From IMG/VR virus record IMGVR_UViG_3300024978_000198: DNA of 23,967 nt, one strand, 5' to 3'. Below the pieces are notes generated by a model. That model did no database searches. It was not told the origin of the DNA and saw nothing but the letters and a program-made list of their open reading frames with translations. A program made the translations under genes and the position numbers. Shown here piece by piece: positions 7,440-16,599 of this stretch. The DNA comes from a virus. The number at the start of each line of letters is the position of its first letter. Position 1 is the stretch's first letter.

Positions 7440-8396
7440 ATGATGGGCGTAGCTCGACAAACGACGATGTCTGCCGACTGGCTGTTGTTCGAGGATTGGT
7501 GTCGGTCCACTGGCGTGGACCCAACCGAATGCTCGGGGCCCGAGCTGGATTCATTCACCGAATTCGTCCGCGCGTCCCCGTCTACGGACCGCAGGAGGAT
7601 CCGCAACATTCGGGCCGTAATTCTGTCGGCCGGCGGGAGCGATCCGCGACCACCACAGACGATTGACCGCAGCGCCGTCTCCAAGGCGGCTATGGAGGTT
7701 CTCGCCGCGGCGCCTGTCTCGTCGTGGCCCAGCGGACTTCGCGGGCGTCGAGATGCTCTCGTGGTCGCTCTTCGAGGTGTGCTAGGTCTCAGCCGGCGCC
7801 GTATCCGCCGCATCATCCCCGCCGACGTCACGATCTCGAAAACGCGACTTGTGTCAGTTTCCGGTATCCGAGTTTCGCAGACGCTTGACGCCGGTCCGTG
7901 CCCTGCGTGCGCAGTGACCAGGTGGATAAGAATCCTGTCACAGTCTCAGCGACATGGCTGGATCTCCGTGAAACGGCAGATGTCTGGGCAATGGGTTGAG
8001 TATGCGCACGACTTCGACGATCACGATTGCACGAGAGCTGTTCTCGAAGGCTGGCAGCACTCGCCGGTCTTGTTGCCACCTATAGACCGGTGGGGTTGGG
8101 TGGAAGACGCCGCCGCGACGCTGTCGGTAAGGTCGCTTACCTCTATCGCCTTGACGATGCCACCGCAGCCTGATCTTGAGCCGAATACTCGTGCCACCGC
8201 TCAGCCGCAACGAAGCGGTCACTGGAGTCGAAAGGAACAAGTAGCCGATCTGGCTGGCCTCGATCCCCTGTTCGAGCGGCTCGACCAGGCGATCGACGAT
8301 GCTCTGGAGAAGACGAAGCGTGCATTGGATATTGCTTACGGGGGTGCCATCATGTCTCCGCACGCATTGAGTCGTGAGCGGCACTCAGGTCAATGA
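7440..8396 (+). CDS. Hypothetical protein resembling a degenerate tyrosine-recombinase fold (start may be ATG 7467)
   Basis: DWLLFEDWC N-terminus, GLRGRRDALVV..LGLSR, CPACAVTRW and LLPPIDRWG recall Cre/Xer-like plasmid proteins; no HxxR or catalytic Tyr box visible. Confidence 0.7.
   Translation: MMGVARQTTMSADWLLFEDWCRSTGVDPTECSGPELDSFTEFVRASPSTDRRRIRNIRAVILSAGGSDPRPPQTIDRSAVSKAAMEVLAAAPVSSWPSGLRGRRDALVVALRGVLGLSRRRIRRIIPADVTISKTRLVSVSGIRVSQTLDAGPCPACAVTRWIRILSQSQRHGWISVKRQMSGQWVEYAHDFDDHDCTRAVLEGWQHSPVLLPPIDRWGWVEDAAATLSVRSLTSIALTMPPQPDLEPNTRATAQPQRSGHWSRKEQVADLAGLDPLFERLDQAIDDALEKTKRALDIAYGGAIMSPHALSRERHSGQ
8339..8365 (+). promoter_or_regulatory. Promoter motif copy 5, variant (CGGGGGTGCC-N9-CCGCACGC-N8-GTG 8374)
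   Basis: Perfect upstream box and spacer; two mismatches in the proximal box. Confidence 0.6.
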
Positions 8397-8628
8397 ACGG
8401 AGCGGCAGCACGATGAGATCCATCCCCACCTACCGGGACGACGACGGTCTGTGGCACGCGCTCGTCCCGAACGGCCACACAAGCGGATGGGCGGCCGCTG
8501 CGCCCGCTATCAACGAGCGACGGCAAACCGAAGATTCACAGGGTGGTCCATGGGATTTTGGCCTCGCAGCGGTCCACTCAGACTTTTCATCGGAGACGGT
8601 GACCGACGTCGTCGAGGTGGCGCAGTAG
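8374..8628 (+). CDS. Hypothetical protein, up to 84 aa
   Basis: ORF directly downstream of motif copy 5; converges on the MazG-like gene. Confidence 0.5.
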   Translation: MSGTQVNERSGSTMRSIPTYRDDDGLWHALVPNGHTSGWAAAAPAINERRQTEDSQGGPWDFGLAAVHSDFSSETVTDVVEVAQ

Positions 8629-8645
8629 GCATAATGGGCGCCGAA

Positions 8646-8945
8646 CTAGACGTGCTGCCAGGTCCCGTCCGATTCCTGGCGCCACGTGCGAGCCAGGTTG
8701 ACCGTCATCTTCGCGGATGCTGCCGCGACGACATCCGAGGCGCTGTGTCCGTTGAGCTCGGCCCAACCCAAAAGACAGATCAGGACGTCGGCTGCCTCTT
8801 CCAGCGATGGCTCATCCGCGAACTCGCGCGCTTCCTTGACCGCCTTGAGAGCCGGCGCGTACGGCGGCTGCGGAACTATGTCACGAACGAAGCGCCCGAC
8901 ATCGGCTGACAGGGATTCAATATCTTGAGTGTCGGTCAGACTCAT
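8646..8945 (-). CDS. MazG-like (all-alpha) nucleotide pyrophosphohydrolase, 99 aa
   Basis: KEAREF...EEAADVLI (ExxE...EExxD), K..VN..RTW; ATGA overlap with the upstream gene. Confidence 0.8.
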   Translation of the reverse strand: MSLTDTQDIESLSADVGRFVRDIVPQPPYAPALKAVKEAREFADEPSLEEAADVLICLLGWAELNGHSASDVVAAASAKMTVNLARTWRQESDGTWQHV

Positions 8946-9736
8946 GCCACGCTCCTCTGTTCCTCCGGATAATCCAAGTCTTCGCCGCCGCGAGCGTGTT
9001 TTCCAGTCGGCGTGCCATTCCGGTCGGCGATGTCGTCGTTCCAGGTCTCCGGCGGCGCCCAAGTGCTTGTGCTTGTTTCGTCCACAGGCGCGGCATCCAC
9101 TACCTCACGAGGGAGCCTGCCGCGGATCTTCTCCACTTCAGTTTGAATGCTTCTCTCCGCCGCGCTTCGCGGCAGCATTCCTACCGGTTCCCTATCCGGG
9201 TTGTCGATATCATCGTCGTCCCACGCCATCGGCGGTGCCCAGCCCTTCTTGACCGCGTGAAGTTTCGATCGCAGGAACGTCGTCAGCTCATGCCTGTTCT
9301 GCGGCCTGGGCGGGGTATCCCACAGTTGGTCGTACGCTTCGGCTACTTTCTTGCGGGTCGACTCCAGGCATAGCGTCGAACAGATCACCTTCGGTAGGTA
9401 TTTTTCCTCGAAGCCGAGGATTCGAGCGAGCGAGGACTGGTCCCAGCCGATTGAAACAAGCGCTTGCAACCGCCGGCGAGTGCCGGTCGAATCGACTTTC
9501 GAGCCTTCGGCTAGGACAACGCGCGTGGCCATGACCGCTTGAGCGTGTTCGATGCAGATGGTCTGATAGGGGGCCACATTACGTGATGGGACGCCGTACA
9601 AGAGGCCACCGATGGTCGATCTTGGCACACCTGTGACCCTGGAGATCTGCCCCGGACCCATTCCGGCCCTCATAAGCCGCTGGACGTGCCGACGAATAGG
9701 GGCGGCGTCCACACGATTCACTTCTGTGACCGTCAC
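8942..9736 (-). CDS. Actinophage-type double HTH DNA-binding protein, 264 aa
   Basis: HTH GMGPGQISRVTGVPRSTI; GTRRRLQALVSIGW and GWAPPMAWDDDDIDNPD motifs typical of actinophage proteins. Confidence 0.8.
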   Translation of the reverse strand: MTVTEVNRVDAAPIRRHVQRLMRAGMGPGQISRVTGVPRSTIGGLLYGVPSRNVAPYQTICIEHAQAVMATRVVLAEGSKVDSTGTRRRLQALVSIGWDQSSLARILGFEEKYLPKVICSTLCLESTRKKVAEAYDQLWDTPPRPQNRHELTTFLRSKLHAVKKGWAPPMAWDDDDIDNPDREPVGMLPRSAAERSIQTEVEKIRGRLPREVVDAAPVDETSTSTWAPPETWNDDIADRNGTPTGKHARGGEDLDYPEEQRSVA

Positions 9737-9927
9737 GCCACGTCCGCCATTACCGCCGACAAGTCGCGCGGATGTACCGATCTGCTGTAGCCGCAGCCAT
9801 CGAACTGAACCATGACGAACGTTTCTCGGACGTCGGTGATCGTCACGGTACTGACTACGGATCCGGTGAAGGCACGGTACTCGACTCGCTGATCGCGAAG
9901 ACTCTTTGCCTGCTCAATGGTCATCAC
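9733..9927 (-). CDS. Small hypothetical protein, 64 aa
   Basis: 4-nt start/stop overlaps on both sides within the operon. Confidence 0.65.
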   Translation of the reverse strand: MMTIEQAKSLRDQRVEYRAFTGSVVSTVTITDVRETFVMVQFDGCGYSRSVHPRDLSAVMADVA

Positions 9928-10124
9928 GAGTGCTGCCTCTCCTTTTCGACCGACCGAAGAATGAACCTGCGGGCACCTTCTTGACTGGGAAACTCGTGCG
10001 ACTGACCGTCAATCTCAGTGATCCACCGACCGCCGGGGGCAGTCCGATAGACAATTCCGTGGAAGAGGTAACCGCCGTCGATCGTTCGAGTTGCCGCGGA
10101 CCCGTTCGTGACGTCGAAGCTCAC
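9924..10124 (-). CDS. Small hypothetical protein, 66 aa
   Basis: 4-nt start/stop overlaps on both sides within the operon. Confidence 0.65.
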   Translation of the reverse strand: MSFDVTNGSAATRTIDGGYLFHGIVYRTAPGGRWITEIDGQSHEFPSQEGARRFILRSVEKERQHS

Positions 10125-10705
10125 AGCACGCCGTCCTCGGTCAAGCCGGCGTTACGGCGGAACAGCTCCCAGAACGCGGCGGCGTCTTCGAGGTGGCAGC
10201 GCACGTCGTCCATCGCTCGGTGAGTCTTGCGGTCGTTTGCCGTCACCAGGGGTGACCCGGTTGCCATTTGGAACATGCGACGCGGCGATCCGACGTCGAT
10301 CGCGGCGTAGTGCAGTTTGGAGGCGAGGGCCGGCATTTGAGCCATGATGACGTGATGGTCGAAGTGCGATACACCGGAACCGGCCAGGTAGACGGTTCCA
10401 TTCGGGGCGAGCCGATCGATCAGCTCGACGACTTCGCTTTCAACCTCGCCCAGACGGGGAAGGTCCTTGGATCGGAGTGCATCGAGCAAGCCGTTGTCCC
10501 GGTGCATCTTCTCCACTGCAGAATTCGAAATCATCCTGTGTAACGCCGTCACCCGATTCACGGCAACGACCGATTCATACGTCCCGAGTTCGTTCAAGGA
10601 TGTGTCGGTCAGGACCGCAGCGAGCTCAAGGACGTCATCGACATACGGCTCCAGACCCGTAGTTTCCATGTCCATCCACAGCAGGAATTCTCGCTGGTTA
10701 CTCAT
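10121..10705 (-). CDS. orn: Oligoribonuclease (DEDDh exonuclease), 194 aa
   Basis: LLWMDMETTGL, MHRDNGLL, LAGSGVSHFD, LHY..IDV, HRAMDDV; true start ATG 10705 (MSNQREFLLW). Confidence 0.9.
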   Translation of the reverse strand: MSNQREFLLWMDMETTGLEPYVDDVLELAAVLTDTSLNELGTYESVVAVNRVTALHRMISNSAVEKMHRDNGLLDALRSKDLPRLGEVESEVVELIDRLAPNGTVYLAGSGVSHFDHHVIMAQMPALASKLHYAAIDVGSPRRMFQMATGSPLVTANDRKTHRAMDDVRCHLEDAAAFWELFRRNAGLTEDGVL

Positions 10706-10706
10706 G

Positions 10707-10865
10707 TCAGATGTCGGCTTTCGGGTCGATGGCTCGCGATCGTCGCTGGGGCGGGATCGTCCAGTTCTTGCGCTGTCGGATTGGGAAGAGAGCGAGCTGA
10801 CCAGGAGCCTCGGTCGGCGTGCTCGCATTCTTGCCTCGCCGTACCGATTTCGTAGTTTGACTCAT
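10707..10865 (-). CDS. Small basic protein, 52 aa (MSQTTKSVRRGK...GQLALF...)
   Basis: ATG exactly 9 nt after motif copy 6; stop lies 1 nt before the orn start. Confidence 0.6.
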   Translation of the reverse strand: MSQTTKSVRRGKNASTPTEAPGQLALFPIRQRKNWTIPPQRRSRAIDPKADI

Positions 10866-10874
10866 GCACCACTT

Positions 10875-10901
10875 ATGCGCGGTGAGTGTGTGGCACCCCC
10901 G
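10875..10901 (-). promoter_or_regulatory. Promoter motif copy 6 (CGGGGGTGCC-N9-CCGCGCAT-N9-ATG 10865)
   Basis: Exact motif and spacing, immediately after the dnaE stop. Confidence 0.8.
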
Positions 10902-10905
10902 GCTG

Positions 10906-13900
10906 CTACGCCGCCTTTGCGAGCGCCGCTGCCCCGCCAGAAACACGCTCGACCACAGGCTGACGTTCGATGCCTTTTGCTACGCCGACTAGAACCATCA
11001 CCAAGTTCGGGTTGTCCCCAATGATCGGTTCGGTTCGCTCGCCTTCAGACAGGCGCGAAGGAATCGTGTCGTTCTTATCGACCAGCTTGTTGCGGTCCCT
11101 GTTGATGAACAGCCGCAAGGTGCGGATCCACTTCTTGTCCAGGTGGAATTCTAGGTGCTTGCGCACATCGCGCCCCTCCGGAATAGGGACCGTGAAAATG
11201 TCATACGTGCCCCCTCCCGACTCCGCGGATAGGCCGGATGCACTGTCCGCCGCAGGCGTGCGATCCAGAACCGATGGGATGCCGGACTGTTCTGCGTCCG
11301 CGGTATCACTGACACCCTGGGGATCGTGATCGGTGACGGTGCTGTGCTCACCGGTTTCGGGGGCGCCGTCGCCGAACAGTCTGACCAGCTCTCCCATCCC
11401 GACCGCGTCGATCACTGTCTCGGACACCGAGTCGTCATCAACTTCGACGGGAATGATCTCGAAGGCGGTGATCTCCTTTCTGGTCTCTTCTTCATCGACC
11501 GACTCCATGTCTTCGACGCCGTCTGTCTCCAACTCATTGGTGCGCGGGCGCGCCTTCGATGTCTTGATTCGCCCATGAACTGCGATGATGTCGCCGGCCT
11601 TCGGCATGGTTCCCGAACGGGAGAGTCGGCGCACCATGTTGTCGAACGCCAGCACCGGGATGGACTCCTTTGATCCTTCGAGCAGGAGCTTCATCAGTCG
11701 CTTCCCATCGCCGTACATTCGCTCCTCGATCCCCGAGGCGATCCCAAGTGTGAAGACCGCGTCGCCGTCTTCTCCTGTGATCTTGTGAATCTGGGTCGGC
11801 CTGCCATTGTTGTTTTCGTCGCCGTAGCTCCAGCTCTTCAGCTGCCTGCTGTGCCGGCTGAGTGGACTGATCGACAACAGCACCCCGAGCCGACTTCGTT
11901 CCTTGACGGACCTGCGCAGTGAAGAGAACTCGTCATCGGGCACCTCGCACTCCAGGTGCGTGCGCAAGCTTCCCATCGCCATCAGGCTTCCCTTGCGCGT
12001 GAAGGTAACTCGCCCTCCCCCACTGACCGGGAACGTGTCGCATGCGCCCGCCTCGATGAGGGCTCTGGTCGACGCGTTGGTGATGGGCGCTTGCCCGTTG
12101 GCGCCGTCGACGACAACTCGGTTCATCAAGTTGGCGAGTGATCGGTAGGTGCCGTGTGTTGTTCGATTCGACACGATCGCCGAGGCGACGTCACTTCCTA
12201 CACCTTTGATTTCACCGAGCCCGAGCCGGACAACCAGTCGGGAGTCGTCGTCGGTCAGCACCGCTTCGGAGGTGATACCGCTCTCGCATACGGATGGCGG
12301 CAGGACGGTGACACCGTCAGCTCGGAGCGCTGCCAGCACGGCGGCGCGTCGCTCGTCGGAGTCGGTGGCCGAGAGCGTTGCCGCGCCGTATTGCACCGGC
12401 CAGTTCGCCTTGAGGAACGCGGTGATGTAGGCGACGAAGCCGTACGCTGCCGAATGCGACTTGTTGAACAGGTAGTCGCCGGCACCCTTCATCGAGTCCC
12501 ACACCTTGATCGCGGTGTCTTTGGCGAACGAGATCTTCTGGACCGTTCCGTCGGCGTCGACGATTTGACGCTGCGCTCCGTCGACGAAAAGCTTGCCGAC
12601 AGCGGCCATCTCGTCGTGCTTCTTCTTGGATACCGCTCTGCGGAGCCGGTTGTTCTCCGCTGGGCCGAAGCCTGCCACTACCGTGCCCAGGCGCATGAGC
12701 TGCTCCTGGTAGATCGACACGCCGTAGGTGTCGCCCAGCACGGAGGCGATGACTTCCTGCTCGTCAGTGTCCTCGGTGAAGATTGAATAGTCGATCGGCT
12801 CTTCGCCGTGCTTCCGACGGGCGTAGAGATCGTGGAATCCAGCCGATAACGGGCCTGGTCGGTACAACGCCACCAGAGCAGAAAGCTCTTCGATCGATTC
12901 GGGGCGCACTGCTTCGGTCAGTGTGGTCATGCCGGAGGACTCCAGCTGGAACACGCCGGTCGTCTTTCCGGCGGCGAGCATCGCCCACGTCTTGGCGACC
13001 ATGGGGTTGTTCGGGTCGGTGGGTAGCTTCTCAGGATCGAAGGTCTGAGCAAATTCCGACTGATCGGTCGCCCGGATCTGCCGGACCGACTCGGTGATGA
13101 TGTCGAGGTTGCGTAGGCCGAGCACGTCGAGCTTGAGCAGTCCCATGTCGGCGACGTCTTTGCCGTCAAACTGGGTGACCCAGTCGCTGCGGTCGGCGCG
13201 GCGGTCTTTGCGCAGCGGGACCATCGGTGCGAGTGGTTCGGTGGAAATGATGACGCCGCAGGCGTGCACGCCCTCGTTGGAGATGACTCCTTCGATCGTG
13301 CGGGCAGCATCGAACACTTCGCGGGCCTGCTTGTCGCCGGCAAGCTCTTCCCTCAGTAGCTCACCCGAGGCGAAGCCCGGATTGGCGATGTCAGCGAGTG
13401 TCGTCGATAGTCCGGGGATCAGGTTGGCAAGCTTGGTGCCGAGCTTGACAGAGGTGTCGGCAGGCAGCATTGAGCGTGCGGCGTTCTTCAGCGACTGCCG
13501 GGCCCGCGAGAAGCCGAAGGTGCCGAGTCGCGCAACGCGGTCCTCACCCCACCGCTGCTTCAGGTGCGCGAAGATCTCGCCCTGGTGTGCCTGCTCGAAG
13601 TCCAGGTCGATGTCGGGCATCTCCTCGCGGGTGTCGTCGAGGAACCGCTCGAATAGCAGGTCGAACTGCAGCGGGTCGATCTGAACGATCCCCAGACAGT
13701 AGGAGACCATCGAGCCGGCGGCAGAACCCCGCCCCGGGCCGACCCGGATCCCATTGCTCCGAGCCCAAGTGACCAGGTCGTGCACGATGAGGAAGTAGTC
13801 GATGAAACCGAGGCGTCCGATGACCTTGAGCTCGTGATTGAGCCGGTCCTTCACGTCCGGGCGCCCGGTTGGCCAGTCATCGCCGTAGCGCTCGGCGGCA

Positions 13901-15099
13901 CCGATCTTGATCAAATGCTTGATGTAGTTGCGGGACGCTTTATTGTCGTTGTCCGGGGCAACCGGGTCACGGAACTCGGCGGGAACCGGGAACTTCGGCA
14001 GCCGAATGCGTGACTCGGGCAGCACGTCCGGCTCGACCATGTCGGCAATGGCGGCGGACTGGTGGACGGCGTCGATGCCGGCGTTGCCGTAGCGGGAGAA
14101 CGCGGCGATCATCTCGTCGTAGGTGCGCATGTGGTAACCGGTGCCGGTGAAGGTCCACCGGTCTGTGTCGGTGACCCGGTAGGTGCGTCGCGGCGAGGAC
14201 GCGCCAATGCACAACCACAGATCGTGCGCGTCGTGGTCGTCGGCGTGAGTGAAGTGGGAATCGTTCGTGGCCACGACTTTCAGCGGAAGGTTCTCGGTGC
14301 CGTCGGCCTCGTCGAGGTCGGCAAGTAGGCGCCGGGTCCATTTCGCCATGCTGAACAGGCGCTCGGTGACTTTCTGCTCCGCCGAGGTATCGTGCTCCAT
14401 CACCTCGATGAACAAGTGATCGCGGATGTAGTCGGCGGACTCGCCTTCGAACACGCTGATGAGCTTTCCGAGGTTCCGTTTCGTCATCGCCTTGCCGTCG
14501 ATGACCGTGCGGTCCCCTTCAGTGCGAGTGATGATGTTGGGGTTGCCGTCGATCATTTCCTGGGCGGCGTCCATTCCGTCGAGCAGCAGTGTGCCGGCGA
14601 TCGGGCCGGAGATGCACCCGGTGAGCACGATGATGCCGCGGTGGTGCTCGCGCAGCAGGTCGTAGTCGATGCGAGGCTTGGACCAGAACGACTCCGCGGA
14701 TTTCGAAGCCAACATCGAAAGATTCTGGTATCCCTCTGCTGTGGCCGCGAGCAGAGTCAGGTGCTCGTAGGTCTTCTTCTTGAAGCCCTTGTTCGTTCCG
14801 GCCTCGCCGCCATCCGCGTCGAGCACGTCGCGGGGCGCGATCTCGAAACCTTCACGGTTTCGGTCCCCGATCGCCAAGTATGCTTCCATGCCGATGATCG
14901 GCTTGATGCCGGCGGCGCGTGCAGCTTTGGCGAGTTTCCATGCCGATGAAACGGTGCCGTGGTCGGTGATCGCGATCGCTGGTTGGCCGTCGTCGGCCGC
15001 GGCTTTCGCCAGATCCGCAATCTGGCTCAGACCGTCGCGCGGGCTATGAGACGAGTGGGTGTGTAGCGATACATACCTGGTCAAGGCATCTACGGCCAT
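10906..15099 (-). CDS. dnaE: DNA polymerase III alpha subunit (PHP + Pol + OB), ~1397 aa; alternative GTG start at 15111
   Basis: PHP: LHTHSSHS..DG, ITDHG, GMEAY, HLTLL, TNDSH. Polymerase: GRGSAAGS, MPDIDLDF, HACGVII, GVFQLES, FNKSHSAAY. Confidence 0.97.
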   Translation of the reverse strand: MAVDALTRYVSLHTHSSHSPRDGLSQIADLAKAAADDGQPAIAITDHGTVSSAWKLAKAARAAGIKPIIGMEAYLAIGDRNREGFEIAPRDVLDADGGEAGTNKGFKKKTYEHLTLLAATAEGYQNLSMLASKSAESFWSKPRIDYDLLREHHRGIIVLTGCISGPIAGTLLLDGMDAAQEMIDGNPNIITRTEGDRTVIDGKAMTKRNLGKLISVFEGESADYIRDHLFIEVMEHDTSAEQKVTERLFSMAKWTRRLLADLDEADGTENLPLKVVATNDSHFTHADDHDAHDLWLCIGASSPRRTYRVTDTDRWTFTGTGYHMRTYDEMIAAFSRYGNAGIDAVHQSAAIADMVEPDVLPESRIRLPKFPVPAEFRDPVAPDNDNKASRNYIKHLIKIGAAERYGDDWPTGRPDVKDRLNHELKVIGRLGFIDYFLIVHDLVTWARSNGIRVGPGRGSAAGSMVSYCLGIVQIDPLQFDLLFERFLDDTREEMPDIDLDFEQAHQGEIFAHLKQRWGEDRVARLGTFGFSRARQSLKNAARSMLPADTSVKLGTKLANLIPGLSTTLADIANPGFASGELLREELAGDKQAREVFDAARTIEGVISNEGVHACGVIISTEPLAPMVPLRKDRRADRSDWVTQFDGKDVADMGLLKLDVLGLRNLDIITESVRQIRATDQSEFAQTFDPEKLPTDPNNPMVAKTWAMLAAGKTTGVFQLESSGMTTLTEAVRPESIEELSALVALYRPGPLSAGFHDLYARRKHGEEPIDYSIFTEDTDEQEVIASVLGDTYGVSIYQEQLMRLGTVVAGFGPAENNRLRRAVSKKKHDEMAAVGKLFVDGAQRQIVDADGTVQKISFAKDTAIKVWDSMKGAGDYLFNKSHSAAYGFVAYITAFLKANWPVQYGAATLSATDSDERRAAVLAALRADGVTVLPPSVCESGITSEAVLTDDDSRLVVRLGLGEIKGVGSDVASAIVSNRTTHGTYRSLANLMNRVVVDGANGQAPITNASTRALIEAGACDTFPVSGGGRVTFTRKGSLMAMGSLRTHLECEVPDDEFSSLRRSVKERSRLGVLLSISPLSRHSRQLKSWSYGDENNNGRPTQIHKITGEDGDAVFTLGIASGIEERMYGDGKRLMKLLLEGSKESIPVLAFDNMVRRLSRSGTMPKAGDIIAVHGRIKTSKARPRTNELETDGVEDMESVDEEETRKEITAFEIIPVEVDDDSVSETVIDAVGMGELVRLFGDGAPETGEHSTVTDHDPQGVSDTADAEQSGIPSVLDRTPAADSASGLSAESGGGTYDIFTVPIPEGRDVRKHLEFHLDKKWIRTLRLFINRDRNKLVDKNDTIPSRLSEGERTEPIIGDNPNLVMVLVGVAKGIERQPVVERVSGGAAALAKAA

Positions 15100-15146
15100 C
15101 ACTTCACGCACCTCTACTCAAGCGAATGGACTCTTCGACTGACGGC

Positions 15147-15743
15147 TCAACTGGCCAGCGCCGGGGTATCGAATACATGCGCGGCAGGAGCACGGCACCC
15201 CCGCGTGTCGCGGGCTTGCGCCTTGAGTAGGCGTCGAAAGGCGAAGATCCAGGCGTCCAGAGGCGCGACGAAAATGTCCGGGTCGCCGTTGTAGCGGACG
15301 ACGGCGATACGCCGCCGCCGGGGCATGCCGATGTTCTCCAGCTTGATGTGCTCAAGTGCCCTGGGGACCGTCGAAAACACGGCCAGCTCATCCTCAGGTG
15401 GGGCGCCGGTGGGCCACGCGGTGGTCGATGCGACCCAGCGAATCGACCCCTTTCTGACGCGTGGCATGCACGACATTCCGAAGTGGATTCCAGTGCCGGC
15501 GTTGACGGACTGCACCTCGGCCCCGAGCGCCGCCTCACGTACTGATTGCGCGACCTTCGAGGGCCAGTACTTCACCTGAATGGTCACGCCTTCGATGGCA
15601 TGGAGATCACCCGTGTCGAGCTTCCGGCCGGCTCCTAGTTTTCGCTGGGCCATCGGGACGAGCATCTCCGGTGCCATCTCGCGAAGGACTTCCACGGCTT
15701 CGCGTTCTTTCGCGTCGCCCTTGGCCTTGTTGGGGTTCGTCAT
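15147..15743 (-). CDS. PD-(D/E)XK nuclease, Holliday-junction-resolvase-like, 198 aa
   Basis: NPNKAKGDAKERE, DTGDL and TIQVK match the phage/archaeal-type Hjc pattern. Confidence 0.8.
   Translation of the reverse strand: MTNPNKAKGDAKEREAVEVLREMAPEMLVPMAQRKLGAGRKLDTGDLHAIEGVTIQVKYWPSKVAQSVREAALGAEVQSVNAGTGIHFGMSCMPRVRKGSIRWVASTTAWPTGAPPEDELAVFSTVPRALEHIKLENIGMPRRRRIAVVRYNGDPDIFVAPLDAWIFAFRRLLKAQARDTRGCRAPAAHVFDTPALAS
15177..15203 (-). promoter_or_regulatory. Promoter motif copy 7 (CGGGGGTGCC-N9-CCGCGCAT) inside the resolvase 3' end, pointing at dnaE; predicted +1 at 15167
   Basis: Exact motif and spacing; the predicted +1 is an A on the minus strand. Confidence 0.75.
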
Positions 15744-15752
15744 GCCCTATCT

Positions 15753-15760
15753 ATGCGCGG
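15753..15760 (-). promoter_or_regulatory. Proximal half-motif CCGCGCAT-N9-ATG 15743
   Basis: Exact 9-nt spacing to the start codon. Confidence 0.65.
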
Positions 15761-16254
15761 CCAGTGCCGACGAGTGGCAGTTTCCTCGCTTTCCGTAGTC
15801 ACGTTCAGGCTGGATTCTGGGAACGACGCCGGCGTTGAGCTGCGAAGATGTGCCACTTCAAAATCGTGTTCCCGGAACCGTGTTCACGCAATAGAGATTC
15901 AACAGGTAGAAAGTGTGCGCTTTTCACGTTCTGGAAGATTCATGCGATCGCGTGCGGCTGCGGTGGCACTGCTTCACAAAAAAGCAGACATTCGGACTAA
16001 CACGGATAATCGGCCGAAATACCAACATCGGGCCGCAGCTCCGGCGTCACGGGGGCGAGTGTCGAACCGTCGGGGCGCCGGAGCTGATCCTAACAACCCT
16101 GTCAAGAAGACCGCAACTCCCACGCGGAAAGTACCCCGTTTGAACAGGGTGTGTACCACCAACACATGTTCAAGACGTGGTTGATGAACTGGCCGGGAGT
16201 CGCTCGGAAATGGACCAGAGATGCGTTTGTACCAAAAATCGACCTACCACCAGA

Positions 16255-16383
16255 ACACATATAGGGGAACAGGGGTACTTCTATAAGGGCAGGGGGACAC
16301 ATATACAGGAACCCTCATATACCCATATACCCCTATATGTATATATATATGAGTGAGTACAAGTGTACAAATTATTATTATTA
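16255..16383. other. AT-rich tract with short direct and inverted repeats; candidate replication origin core
   Basis: (AT)n run at 16340-16350; ACACATATA x2 (16255, 16297); CATATACCC x2 (16316, 16324); 11-bp inverted repeat 16257-16267/16330-16340; (ATT)4. Confidence 0.5.
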
Positions 16384-16599
16384 GGGCCCCTGACCAGCCG
16401 CTTCACGGTTGTCACACCCGTGGCCATTCGCCGCCAACGATGCGCAACAGCCACCGCACCCGAGAATCCACTCACCCGCGATCGAATACGCCAGCTGTGC
16501 GATCTGCGCATGGTCTCGATTAGTTCCGGAATACGGACCATCCGTGACACGGACGAAAACGAGAACTTAACGCATCCGCACGAACTGAAAGACATAACC

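Noticed and set aside
10706-10828. N-terminal extension of Orn in the ORF track
   Set aside because: Orn homology starts at ATG 10705, and the region is better explained by the 52-aa ORF in another frame
10906-15111. Intein in the unusually long DnaE
   Set aside because: Conserved polymerase motifs are contiguous and no intein splice-junction or LAGLIDADG motifs are seen
16363-16599. N-terminal 79 aa of the 382-aa ORF
   Set aside because: Starts in the AT-rich tract with atypical composition; ATG 16600 fits better
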